Shown in pieces: positions 53,101-64,000 of a stretch of DNA of 64,000 nucleotides. The first letter of the stretch is position 1; each line of letters starts with the position of its first letter. Location of the stretch: positions 208,605 through 272,604 of the forward strand of contig CAWGBX010000005.1 in NCBI GenBank assembly GCA_963820925.1, given 5' to 3'. This DNA is from an uncultured Acidobacteriota bacterium (lineage in GTDB: Bacteria; Acidobacteriota; Terriglobia; Terriglobales; Acidobacteriaceae). The notes beneath the pieces are model-generated. The model saw only the letters and a list, made by a program, of their open reading frames with translations. It was not told the origin of the DNA and did no database searches. The position numbers and the translations under genes were made by a program.

Positions 53101-56100
53101 CGACGACCAGCGGCGGACACTTGGGAACAGTCACCTGGACTGCAAGTGGAGGCGCGATCAATGGCAGCACGGGAACATGGACCGCGCCCGGCACCTCGGG
53201 CAGCGTCACGATTACCGCGACTTCGAACGACGACGCCAGCAAGAAGGCCACCACCACAGTCACCGTGGTGCTCGCGCCCACGGCTTCGATCACTGCTTCA
53301 ACCAGCGCGCCGCTTTACGGCGCGACGGTGAATCTGACGCCGACATTCGCCAACTCTGTCTCGGCCTCGGTCGGCACCACGCAAGGCGGCAGCGACATCT
53401 CCAATTCACCGACGAGCGGCACGCCGATCACCACCAGTGCAATCACTTCGGCCATTACTTACTACCTGCGCGCAACCAATGCGGCGGGAACCTACGCAGA
53501 TAGTTCAGTCGTGGTGACACCGCAGACGGTGGCGATCGGGTCCATCACCAAGGGGCAGAGCACGGTCAGCGTGGGCTATACCACGACCGCCCAAGCAACC
53601 GTCACGAATGCGGTTGATACAGCCGTCAATTGGAGTTCCAGTTGCGGCTCTTTCAGTCCCGGCAGCACCGCGAGCGGAGTGAATACCACATGGACCGCAC
53701 CGGTATCGGCGCAGACGTGCACGCTTACCGCAACCAGCAACGCCAATCCGGCCCTGACCATTAATGCGACCATTACGATTGTCGCTTTGCCGGTTGCGAC
53801 CGGCCTCTCGCCGAGCACTACTAGTCCGCTATTCGGCGCCCCCATCAATTTGACGCCACAGTTCTCGAATGGCACCGGCGCGGTCGACCAAGGCATCGGG
53901 GCGGTCACCAATAACGTCAGCAAGTCTTCTTCGGCAATCACTACACCGGTAACATTCACTCTGACGGTTACAAACGCGGCCGGTCAGACCACCACTGCAA
54001 CCTCGGGCTTAATCACGCCGCAGACTGTCGCGGTGACCGTGCCCTCGCCCGCCGCAGGTTATGTAACGACCAGCGGCACGCAGGCTTTCACCGCCTCTGC
54101 GCAAAATGCGGTCAACACCGCCGTCACCTGGAGCGCGGCCGGGGCAGGCTCATGGTCTGGCGCTACCTGGACCGCGCCATCAACTCTAGGCGTATACACA
54201 ATCACGGCAACCTCGGTTTCGGATCCCACAAAGTCAACTTCCACCAGCGTGAACGTCGTCATTGCGCCGGTCATCAGTTCTTTCACCGCGGCCGTTCTTC
54301 TTGTCAGCGAGAACTTTGGAACCACTTTGACGGGAGTTTTCACCAACGGAGGCGGAAACGCATTCGTCGGCACGAGCGGAGCTGGCAGTTCGGATATCAC
54401 AAATTCTGCCCAGTCGAACGTCGGTGTTCCTACCGGCAATCTCGCGGCGACCACCACATTCACTCTCACCGTCTATAACCTGGCAGGAAGCAGCACCTCG
54501 GCAACGCTTACAGTTCCGGTGGTCGTGGGTTCTTCCCTGGCGACAATTTCTGCTCTCCGGCGCGCGATATAACCACACCAGTACCTTGCTGCCGGATGGC
54601 ACCGACTTGATCATCGGCGGGCAGAGCGATAGTGGGTCGCTCAACACATCCGAGATTTACGACCCGGTGGCGGTAGCTGTTTCCGATGGCGGCACGATGC
54701 TCTCGGCGCGCTACAACCACACAGCTACTCTCATTACCCAATGGCACGGTCCTGAGTCGCCGGTGGCAACAACGGCGGGACCATTGCCGCCAGCGAAGTC
54801 TGGGATACCGGCGGCTTTGCCGCGACCGGTGCACTCAAGACGCCCCGCGAAAAGCACACAGCCACACTGCTGCAAAACGGACTGGTGCTGATCGTCGGAG
54901 GACTGAACGGAAGTTCTCCCGTAGTCTCGGCGGAACTGTACAGCCCGTTGACGGAGACATTCACCTACACGGCGGGCAATCTGAACACGGCTCGCTACAG
55001 CCACACCGCTACGCTACTCGCCAGCGGTCAAGTGCTCATTGCGGGCGGATACAACGGAAGCGTACCTCTGGCCAGCGCGGAGATCTATAACCCGGCCACG
55101 GGCGCATTCACGGTGGTTGGAAGCATGTCTACCGCCCGGCAGCGTCACGCCGCGGTCTTGCTGAATGACGGACGCGTCGCCATGGTTGGCGGCAAAGGCG
55201 CAAGCGCTCCACTGGCCAGCGCGGAAATCTTCAACTCTTCGAACAATACATTCAGCGCGACGGGCGCGATGGCCGATGCGCGCGACGGCCTGACTGCAAC
55301 GCTGACCACCAGCGGCAAAGTGATTGCGGCAGGCGGAGTGAATGCATCTGGCATTCCCATCGATGGCGCCGAGATGTTTGACCCGACCGCGGGAACGTTC
55401 AGCCTTACCGCGCTACTGTCCACTGCGCGCTCGCAACACACGGCAACGCTTCTACAGGACGGGCAAGTGCTGATCGCGGGAGGGTTGGTGCAGAGTGGCG
55501 CAACGGCGATCCAGGAACTGTTCGACCCGCAAGATGGTCTAACCCCCACGGTTCCGAACTCGACCATCACCGCTCCCGTAGGCGCGATCACGGCACAGAC
55601 CGGGCTCGCAGGAAGCGTACCGTCGCAGACGCACATTCAATATTTCTGGATGATCACCGGCGGCGCCATCAGCGCTGGTCAGGGAACGAGGTCTATCACA
55701 TTTTCAATGCCGGCCTCGGGCACCGCCACACTCGACGCGCTGGTGGTAAGCGATCGCATTATCCCCTCGCACACGCAGTTTGTGGTAACGCCGGTTCCGA
55801 TCATCTCCAGCTTTTCGGCGCAGAATCCCACCGTCACAGTAGGTGGAAGCACGACGCTGAATTGGACGGTGCAAGGTGCTACCAGTCTCTTCATTGACCA
55901 GGGTGTTGGGATGGTAGCTGGAACTTCTGTACCCGTCACGGTGGGCTCTTTGGGTACGACAACATATACGCTGACGGCCACGAATGCGGGCGGCAGTGCA
56001 ACCGCCACGGCGCTAATTCTTGCTGTGCCGCCTCCGATCGCGACATCCCTGACCGCCGCGGCGAGCACGGTGCCTGTGGGCGGCAACACCAACCTCACAC

Positions 56101-59100
56101 CGATCTTCCCCCAGGGCACGGGATCGATTTCTCCGGGCATTGGGGCAGTTTCGAGCGGCCCCGCCTATCCGACTGCGGCCATTTCTACGCCCACCACCTT
56201 TACTCTTACGGTGACCAATGCGGCCGGAGACACGGCGCAGCAATCCACCACAGTTGGATTGCAACCGGTCTCAGTCAGAATCTCGGGGCCGACCTATGTC
56301 ACCGAAGGCCACACCGCGACCTACTCTGCAACGGTTTCCGGATCGGTGAACACGGCCGTTACGTGGCACGCTTCGGCGGGAAGTTTCAGCGGCGCGAATT
56401 TTACCGCTCCCACCGGACCTCCGTACGATACGACCCAGACCGCCGTTACCATTACCGCGACATCGGTTAACGGTGGCACGGCGTCGAACTTTACCGTGCA
56501 GGTGGTACCGCTGCCCGTGATCACCAGCTTCGTGTCGAATCCGGTGACCGCAAACTACGGAGGCTCGACCACGATTACGCCGGTCTTCTCTCTGGGATCT
56601 GGCCAGATCGTCGGACTGGGTTCGGTGACCAGCGGCCAGGGAGTTTCAAGCGGCGGGCTGACCACGTCGAAGACATTTACGTTAACCGTGACCGATGTTG
56701 CCGGTGATTCTGTTTCACAGAATCTGAACGTCAATCAGAGCGCGGTTTCAGTCAGCACTCCGACACCCACGGCGAGCACCGTCTCGGTTGGCGACCAGGT
56801 GCATTTCACAGCCACCACGAACGGTTCCGCAAACAGCGCCGTCACCTGGAGCGCCACCGGCGGCAGCTTCTCCGGCAGCAACTGGACTGCACCATCAGCA
56901 GGCACGTACACCATTACCGCCAGTTCGGTTTCGCCATTAGGTTACTCCGCGAACACAACCACCACCGTGGTTAATTTGCCGGTAATCTCATCGTTCACGG
57001 CATCCCCAGTGGCACTTTCTGCGGGAGATAGCTCGAACCTGCAGGCCAATTATTCCGGGGGCACAGCAACCGTCATGCCGGGAAATACTTCGCCGGTGAG
57101 CGGTGTTCCCTTCTCCACCGGCTCGCTGGCCTCCACCACTACCTACACGCTAACCGTGGTGAGCGCAGCCGGAAAGAGCACCAACAAAACCGTCACCGTG
57201 AATGCGGTCCAGGGGAGGACGAATTCCGGGTCGAGCCTGAGTACCAACCGTGTAGGACACAGCGTGACGCTGCTGCCCGATGGCAGAGTCCTGATCGCAG
57301 GCGGAAGTTCGACGGCGAGCGCGGATATTTCCGATGTGACAGGTCAGAACATCAGCGCCATCGGTTCGGCAATGCAATCGGTTCGCTACTCTCACACCGC
57401 AACTTTGCTGGCGAACGGCCAGGTTCTGATCGCAGGCGGAGCAGACATCAACGGGACGGCGCAGAACACGGCGGAGCTGTTCAATCCATCGAACAATACG
57501 TTCACCTCAACCGGGTCGATGTCGAAGGCCCGGCAAAAACACTTTGCCGCGCTAATGGATGATGGAAGAGTGCTGCTCGCCGGAGGCGTCGATGACAATG
57601 GCACGGCGCTCTCGAGCGCCGAGATTTATGATCCCGTGGCAGGAACTTTCTCCGTCGCGCCGAGCCTGGCGGCAGCAAGCGAATCGGGCAGCACAACCCT
57701 GCTCGAAAACGGCACGGTGCTCGTGGCCGGAGGAGACAACACCAGCGCGGCCAGCGCCTCCGCTCAGACCTTCAACGGCGCAAGCTTCAGCGGCACGCTA
57801 TCCATGGCGGATGCGCGCTCGCAGTCCACGGCAACCCTGCTGCAAGGCGGGAACGTCATTTTCGCCGGCGGCACCGACCTGACCAATGCGCTGAACACAG
57901 TCGAAACATTCTCTGGCGGCAGTTTCTCCCAAAACCCGACAGCCATGTCGGAGGCGCGTTACGGTCACTCGGCGAATCTGCTCGCCAGCGGCCTGGTGCT
58001 TTTGACCGGTGGAAGTTCCGACGGCTCTACGCCACTGTCGGACGCGATGCTCTTCGATCCGTTCGATGCCTCGACTCCCTATTGGTCAACCAGCAGTCTC
58101 AACACCGCTCGCTTCGAGCCGGCATCAACCATTCTGCGCAATGGACATGTGCTGATCGCGGGCGGCAGCTCCGATCCCGCTAATATCTCTGCCAACGCTT
58201 TAAGCACGACTGAGAACTATGATCCGCAGGATAGTCTCACTCCGGTTCTGCCGAACGCAACACTCACCGCCCCTGCCGCCGCCGTTAATGGCGCATCTGG
58301 GCTGACCGCGTCCGTTCCAACGGGCCAGACCAACGTCCTCTATATATGGTCGTTGACTAACGGAACGATCACCGCCGGCTTGAACACTCGCTCCATCACC
58401 TTCACCGTGAACACAACTCCCGCGGTCGTGAATGTCCTGGTGATCAGCGACCGTGAAGTCCCGGTGCAGAGCTCGGCGACGATTGCTTCGGCCAATCCGG
58501 GGCCGTCGATTGCTTCTTTCACGGCGACTCCCTCCACCAACACAACTGGAGTGACAACGACTCTCGCCTGGTCCGCCAGCGGCGCTGCCGATATGACACT
58601 CACCATTAATCATGGTGTGGGCGATGTTACCGGCTCCAGTTCCACCCCGGTCACCACGCCGGCCAGCACCACCACTTACACGCTGACCGCGACCGACAGC
58701 AACGGCACCACCAACAAGACCGTAACTCTGACCGCGGTTCCCATGCCGGTTGCGACCAGTCTCACCGCCGCCGTGAACCCGGTGCTCAAGGGAAGCTCCA
58801 CCACCATCGTTCCGGTTTTCACCACCAACGGATCGGCGTCCATCAATAACGGAATCGGAACCGTCACCAGCGGAGTTGCCTACCCCACGGGCGTGCTGAA
58901 CACCGCCACCACATTCACGCTGACCGCGACCAACACGGTGGGCACCAGCGCCACCGCCAACGCGACCATCAACGTCATGCCGGTCGTGGTGACCTCGATT
59001 ACCGGGCCATCCAACGTCACGGTCAATAGCACCGAAGCGCAGTTCACTGCCACCGTAACGGGCGCGGTAAATACCGCAGTCACCTGGTCCGTCTCCGCGG

Positions 59101-62100
59101 GTTCCATTAATGCAGCCGGACAACTGACTGCGCCGTCCACGCCGCAAGACATCACGGTGACGGCTACTTCAATTGCAGATCCTGCGCAGTCCCATCAAGT
59201 GACGGTGCACGTGGTGCCGGTGGCGATCGCGCTCAGTATCACGGCAGCTGCCAACCCTGTGCTCTATGGAAGCTCGACCACAGTCACGCCTGTCTTCTCG
59301 CAAGGCAGCGGCGTCATTGATCAGGGGATTGGAAACGTGACCACGGGAGTGGCATACACAACCGGCACGATCACGGGCAGCAAGAGCTTTACGCTCACCG
59401 TGACCAACGTCTCCGGTGACAGCGCCGATGCAACGGTCACAGTGCTGCCGGCAGATGTGGTGGTTAGCGGCATCACCGGTCCCGCCTCAGGCAAGGTGAC
59501 GCAAGGCCACACAGCCACTTTCAGCGCCACCGTCAGCGGCGCGGTCAACACGTCTCTCACCTGGAGTTCGGGCGGCGCCGGCTCGTGGTCCGGCGCGACC
59601 TGGACGGCGCCCGGAACTCCCGGCAACTACACCATCACCGCGACTGCCGTAAATGGTTCAACCAACACTCTGCCAATCACGGTCGTTGCCGCTCCGGCGA
59701 TTGCATCATTCACCGCGACGCCGCCAGGCATCAACAAGAACCAGAGTTCTACTCTCACCGCGACCTTCTCCGGCGCGGGCACTGGCAGCAATTCCAGCGG
59801 CGTCGTCACTCCCGGCAATCTCACGCTGGCCAGCGGTTCAGGTGGCGTGAGCACCGGCGCGCTCACCGCATCGCAGACTTACACGCTGACGGTGACGAAT
59901 GACGCGGGTGACACTGCCACGGCGCAAACGACGGTGCAAGTTTTCCTCGGCGAGTTCAGCGCGGTTTCGAATAGCCTGGCAACGCCTCGCAATCTGCCCA
60001 CGGCAACTTTACGTGCAGACGGCAATGTGGTGGTCGCCGGCGGCGGAAGCGGAAGCGCGAGTGTTGACCTCTTCAACAGTACAAATCTTTCGTTCTCTTC
60101 AGCGACTCCACAGCTGACCGGGCGAAACGGACAGACGGCGACACTGTTGCCCAATGGCCTCATCCTCATCGCCGGGGGTTCGAACGGCTCGACTGCGCTT
60201 GCGACAGCGGAACTTTACAATCCGGCTGACGGCAGTTTCACCGCAACTGGATCGCTCGCACATGCGCGGCAGAATCATCGCGCGATCCTGCTCGACTCAG
60301 GCCAGGTGCTGCTTGTCGGAGGCACTGGCCTTGCGAGCGCCGAACTTTACAATCCTGCAACCAGGACCTTCTCGTCCACAAATTCCATGGCATGGGTGCG
60401 TGACTCCGCGACCGTTTCGCGTCTGCTCGATGGCCGCATTCTCGTGGCCGGGGGAAGCAACGGCAGCACGCGTCTGGCTACGGCCGAAATCTACGATCCT
60501 TCCACAAATTCGTTTTCTACAGCCGCTACCATGCTCGCGGCGCGCGCGCTGCACACGGCCACGACGCTCACTAGCGGACAGATTCTGATCGCCGGCGGCA
60601 CCGGCTCCACGGGAAGTGGAAGCGCAGAGATTTTCAATCCTTCGCTCATGCGCTTCGTAAGCACAGGAAATATGATCCAGCCGCGTCAGGAACACGTTGC
60701 CGCATTGCTGGCGGGTGGAATGGTGCTGGTGGCGGGTGGAAACAATGGCACGTCTTCCAGCGCCAGCGACCAGGCTGAACTCTTTGATCCGGCAGGCGGC
60801 GCCTTCCAGAAGTCCGATTTTATGAGTTCGGTTGGTTCGCCCACCACCGGAGCCGCGGGTACGATTCTCCCCAGCGGGCAAGTGCTCGTGACCGGCGGCA
60901 CCAGCGATGGCACGAATGCTGTCGCAGGATCGGAGTTGTACACGCCGACTGACGGAATCACCGCAGCCGCGGCGAATGCAGCGATCACGGTTGCGGCGTA
61001 CGTCTCTCAGGGAGCCACAGGCATCTCCGCACACGTGACCGCCGCAGCCGGCGCGCGCTACATCTGGATGGTCACCGGCGGCACTCTGGTCTCCGGACAA
61101 GGCACCGCCAGCATCACCTTTAATATGCCGGCGACCGGCAATGCCACCCTGGATGTTTTGATCATCACGAGCACACTTGTTCCTTCTCATGGACTGTCGG
61201 TCGTAGTGGGAGAACCGGCGCCGGTAGTCAGCAGTTTCACGGCGGCGCCAAGTCCGGTTGCTTATGGCAGCCCGACCACACTCACGCCAGTATTCAGCAA
61301 CGCGACGGCGAGCGCCGTCATCGGCACCGGCGCCGCCGGCAGTTCCGATGTAACCCCCGCGGCGGTCAGCGGCACTCCAGTCGTGGCAGGCTCAATTACC
61401 AGCGCAACCCAGTACCGGCTCACAGTCACAAATCGCGCTGGTGTAAGTCTCAATCAGACAGTCACAGTCGGCGTGCAGAGCGTGATCGTCTCCGCAATCA
61501 GCCCCGCCAATCCGGTCCTATCTGCGGAGGGCACGCAGAGCTTCAGCTCTGCTGTCAGTCAGGCTGCCAACACCGCAATCGTATGGAGCGCCAACGGCGG
61601 CGTGATGAATGCCGCGACGGGAGCATGGACCGCCCCACCGACGCCCGGGCCCTACACCATTACCGCCACTGCGGCGGCGGATGGCATTACTTCATCGTCG
61701 ACGACGGCGACCGTAGTTGCATTGCCAGTCGTCCAGAGCTTCACTGCCTCGGCGGCCACGGTGAACTATGGGCAGGTATCTTCGTTAACTGCGGTGTTCA
61801 CTGGGGGCGTGGGAAATCAGGCATCGATAGGGACGAGCGGCACGGGTTCATCGCAGCTGACGTCCACTGCGACCAGCAGCAACGCCGTCTCCACCGGACC
61901 GTTAGTCGTCGATACCACTTTTACCCTTACCGTCACAAATGCGGCTGGGTCATCTACCACCGCGACAGTTCAGGTCTCGGTGAACCAGCCGTTCTCATCG
62001 ACTGTCTCGATGAACTATGCCCGATTGGGTCAAACGACCACCGTCCTTCCAGGCGGCGCTGTCCTGGTCGCTGGCGGAACGGGAGGTACCGACCCGGCTG

Positions 62101-62639
62101 AACTCTATAGCAACGGCAGCTTCGCTACGACTGTGGGACCGATGACGGCGGCGCGCGCTTATCACACTGCCACGCTGCTCGCCAGCGGACAAGTGCTTTT
62201 CGCCGGCGGTGTGGATGCCTCCGGGAACGCCCAAAACACAGCCGAGCTTTACGATCCAACTCTCGGCACTTTCACTGCGACCGCGGGAAATATGGTCCGT
62301 GCGCGTCAAGATCAGGTTGCGGCTCTCCTGCCGGATGGAACCGTCCTGATCGCTGGCGGCTACAACGCAACCAATCAGCAACTCTCTGATGCCGAGATTT
62401 TCAATCCCATTACCGGCACATTCGACAGCAACGCCAACATCTGTTGCCACGGCGCGCCAGTTTGCCACAGCGACCGCACTGCAAGACGGCCGCGTTCTGA
62501 TCGCAGGCGGATTCAACGGCACAACGCATCGGCAACTGCGCAGATTTTTTGCCAATGGCAGCTTCGTCACCCCCGAGATGCCAAAAGATCCATTTCATAC
62601 GACACAAACTTGTTTAGTGAATCCGTGAATTTACAGTGA
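47121..62639 (+). pseudogene. Giant (~5,100 aa if contiguous) cell-surface lipoprotein: lipobox, tandem Ig-like (He_PIG/BIG-like) repeats, then Kelch/beta-propeller-like repeat region; split by 8 or more single-nt frame disruptions
   Basis: Lipobox LLLTGCAAF at start. Track ORFs 47121-47687, 47351-48058, 47967-54572, 54424-54891, 54885-62639 and 62389-62628 carry consecutive pieces of the same repeat protein in different frames. Removing two A residues at ~54727 and ~54757 gives contiguous ARYNHTATLLPNGTVLVAGGNNGGTIAASEVWDTGGF. Confidence 0.7.
48830..53330 (+). repeat. About nine tandem, highly similar ~486-498-bp (about 163-aa) coding repeats inside the giant gene (unit ...ASSTNPLYGATVNLTPTF.NAVSASVGTTQGG.DISSSPTSGT.IPTAAIT..KTYWLRATNAAGD..DSSVTVTPQTVVVN.I.PA.PTRTVNS.TTF.TTATGGVTN.I.WSA.AG.MNA.TG.WTAPA.AGNVTITATS.DD..KTATT.V.VVLA)
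   Basis: Landmark tcga-tca(c/g)cgc recurs at 48836, 49321, 49816, 50311, 50803, 51294, ~51790, 52288, 53288; minus-strand shadow ORFs repeat with the same period. Confidence 0.8.
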
Positions 62640-63013
62640 AACACACATTTTTTCGAGACAGGACGATATTCCCACCGTGAAAAACACGTCTCCCATAAAA
62701 GCCGCAGAGTGCTGGCGAGAACGGCAAGACTCTAACGGGCAGTGTTCTAGACCGATTTAAGATCTTTGCAGGAAACCGATCTCTCTGCCCCGCGGGGTAC
62801 ATATACTGTTTGCGAAAGTCATCTTCGGGAGCAATAAGGAGTCTCAAGGATCGTTAGGTTATGAGCCCACAAATACTATTATTTTCAACAACTTACAAGA
62901 CGCGGGTGGCCCCTTAAAAACCTTGCAAGAAGCGCTAAGGAATCCTTATTGGACAGTTAAAGGACAGTGAACAACCGCACCGTGAACCTTGAGGCTGCAG
63001 ATCGAAAATTGTT

Positions 63014-63988
63014 TTAGCGTTCGTCTACGGGCGAAGCTTTCGGCACCGCCGGCAAGGGCTCGCCCGCCAGTCGTTTTTTCACCAGCCCGGCGAGGAAGTC
63101 CGCGAAGGGCACGATATCCTCGCCGACACTCGCTTTTTCGAGAGCGTTCACGTAGGCGTTGCGGTCGGTTACCGGAATGACCGTCCACGGGTATCCGCCC
63201 GACGCCATCATGGTGTTCATCAGGAAGCGCCCGACGCGGCCGTTGCCATCCATATAAGGATGGATGTAGACGAAGATGAAGTGCCCGAGCACCACGCGGA
63301 CGGCCGGATGCGGCTCTTCGCGCAGCAGGTCGAAGAACGCCGGCATGGCGTCCCTCACCGCGTCCCGGTTCAGCGGCACGTGCATCGACTTGCGGATATA
63401 GACCTGGCCGTTGCGATAGCCCGCGAGATCGGCGGGCTTCAGCAGGCCGACGGTGACGCTCGGCGCGAACAGCTCTCGATACCACGTGCCGTGGTCCGCG
63501 TCCGCGACCTCTCCCGGATTTTCGCCCTTCAGAATTTTGCCGAGGCTTTTCTGCACGGCCTGAAAGGCCTGCCAGTAGCCCCGCGCCGCCATCGCGTTTC
63601 GCTGATCGCGGTCGCCCTCGTCGGCTTCCGGGTTCCACCTACCCCCACGGACGCGCTCGATAAGGTCCGGCGTCACCCGGTAGCCCTCGATCGACAGCGA
63701 ATGGTAGGCGTCCGTGACGTAGGCGTCGTTGACGCGCTTGAGGTACGCCTCGATGTTGCGCGGCGGGCCCGGCGCTTTCGGGAAGCGTTCGATGACCGGC
63801 TCGCGCATTTTCTGCCAGAGCAGCCGCAGCCTGTTTACGTAAGGAGAGGTTTCGCGGGCTCCGATGACCAGGGACGGCTTGTCCGTGAAGGGATCGTTCT
63901 CCCGCACGGCGTAGTCGGCCGCCGCCATCGTCTTCACGATATCGTCCGCGATGCGGTCGAGGCCGATGTTGCGGAAGGCCCCGGCCAA
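63014..63988 (-). CDS. Fic/DOC family protein (AMPylase-type fold)
   Basis: Fic motif HPYMDGNGRVGRF (HPFx[DE]GNGR); 324 aa; the overlapping Arg-rich ORF 62946-63638 is a shadow frame. Confidence 0.8.
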   Translation of the reverse strand: MAGAFRNIGLDRIADDIVKTMAAADYAVRENDPFTDKPSLVIGARETSPYVNRLRLLWQKMREPVIERFPKAPGPPRNIEAYLKRVNDAYVTDAYHSLSIEGYRVTPDLIERVRGGRWNPEADEGDRDQRNAMAARGYWQAFQAVQKSLGKILKGENPGEVADADHGTWYRELFAPSVTVGLLKPADLAGYRNGQVYIRKSMHVPLNRDAVRDAMPAFFDLLREEPHPAVRVVLGHFIFVYIHPYMDGNGRVGRFLMNTMMASGGYPWTVIPVTDRNAYVNALEKASVGEDIVPFADFLAGLVKKRLAGEPLPAVPKASPVDER

Positions 63989-64000
63989 GCGTCCGGCGAT

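Noticed and set aside
48830-53330. Regular repeats suggestive of a CRISPR array or satellite
   Set aside because: Period is ~490 bp, fully coding in one frame (Ig-like protein modules), with no short spacer/repeat structure
51143-53503. Long Arg/His/Gly-rich ORFs (51143-52228, 52688-53503) and many minus-strand ORFs across the repeat array
   Set aside because: Off-frame or antisense translations of the GC-rich repeat gene; low-complexity composition and the same ~490-bp periodicity
62946-63638. 230-aa Arg-rich ORF overlapping the Fic gene
   Set aside because: Shadow frame of the Fic CDS, which itself carries the diagnostic HPYMDGNGR motif

Overview
High-GC (~60%) bacterial chromosomal window; the gene content (group 1h/5 [NiFe]-hydrogenase, a giant Ig-repeat/Kelch surface lipoprotein) tentatively suggests a soil Acidobacteria-like genome, but this is inference. 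Everything below is from reading the sequence and the six-frame track only; no database searches were run.

- 0-20.7 kb: uninterrupted plus-strand high-affinity (group 1h/5-type) [NiFe]-hydrogenase island. It runs from a cytochrome P460-like protein and an orphan second small-subunit paralog, through a PAS sensor kinase, a NarL-type regulator and a MarC-like protein, to hhyS-hhyL. These are followed by a NifU-like protein and three translationally coupled unknown genes, then a HupD protease with an N-terminal extension, a small membrane ORF, a YceI-like protein, and hypC-hypD-hypE. A tandem-SIS protein and a glutaredoxin-like protein then precede hypF-hypA-hypB.
- 20.7-26.2 kb (minus strand): a two-gene cluster encoding a fused double BadF/BadG-type ATPase (activase) plus 2-hydroxyacyl-CoA-dehydratase-like domain and a partner protein; the big fusion gene carries a 1-nt frameshift.
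- 26.6-37 kb: stress/redox-type genes (DUF302, DUF202, chloroperoxidase-type hydrolase, pirin, YceI, MarR); a DyP peroxidase - family-1 encapsulin nanocompartment pair, both frame-disrupted; a tRNA-like 3' fragment; an ICMT/MddA-like methyltransferase; a wHTH-alpha/beta-hydrolase fusion; a fragmented AraC regulator.
- 37.7-45.4 kb: SAM methyltransferase, RND efflux pair, DinB_2 (frameshifted), PIG-L deacetylase and YbaK-like genes.
- 46.3-62.6 kb: an OM beta-barrel gene (frameshifted) followed by one giant (~15.5 kb) lipoprotein gene with about nine near-identical ~490-bp tandem Ig-like repeats and a long Kelch-like region. It is split into many ORFs by 8 or more single-nt frame disruptions.
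- 63.0-64.0 kb: a Fic-family gene.

All frame disruptions (17 or more) lie downstream of 20.7 kb, while the hydrogenase island is clean.
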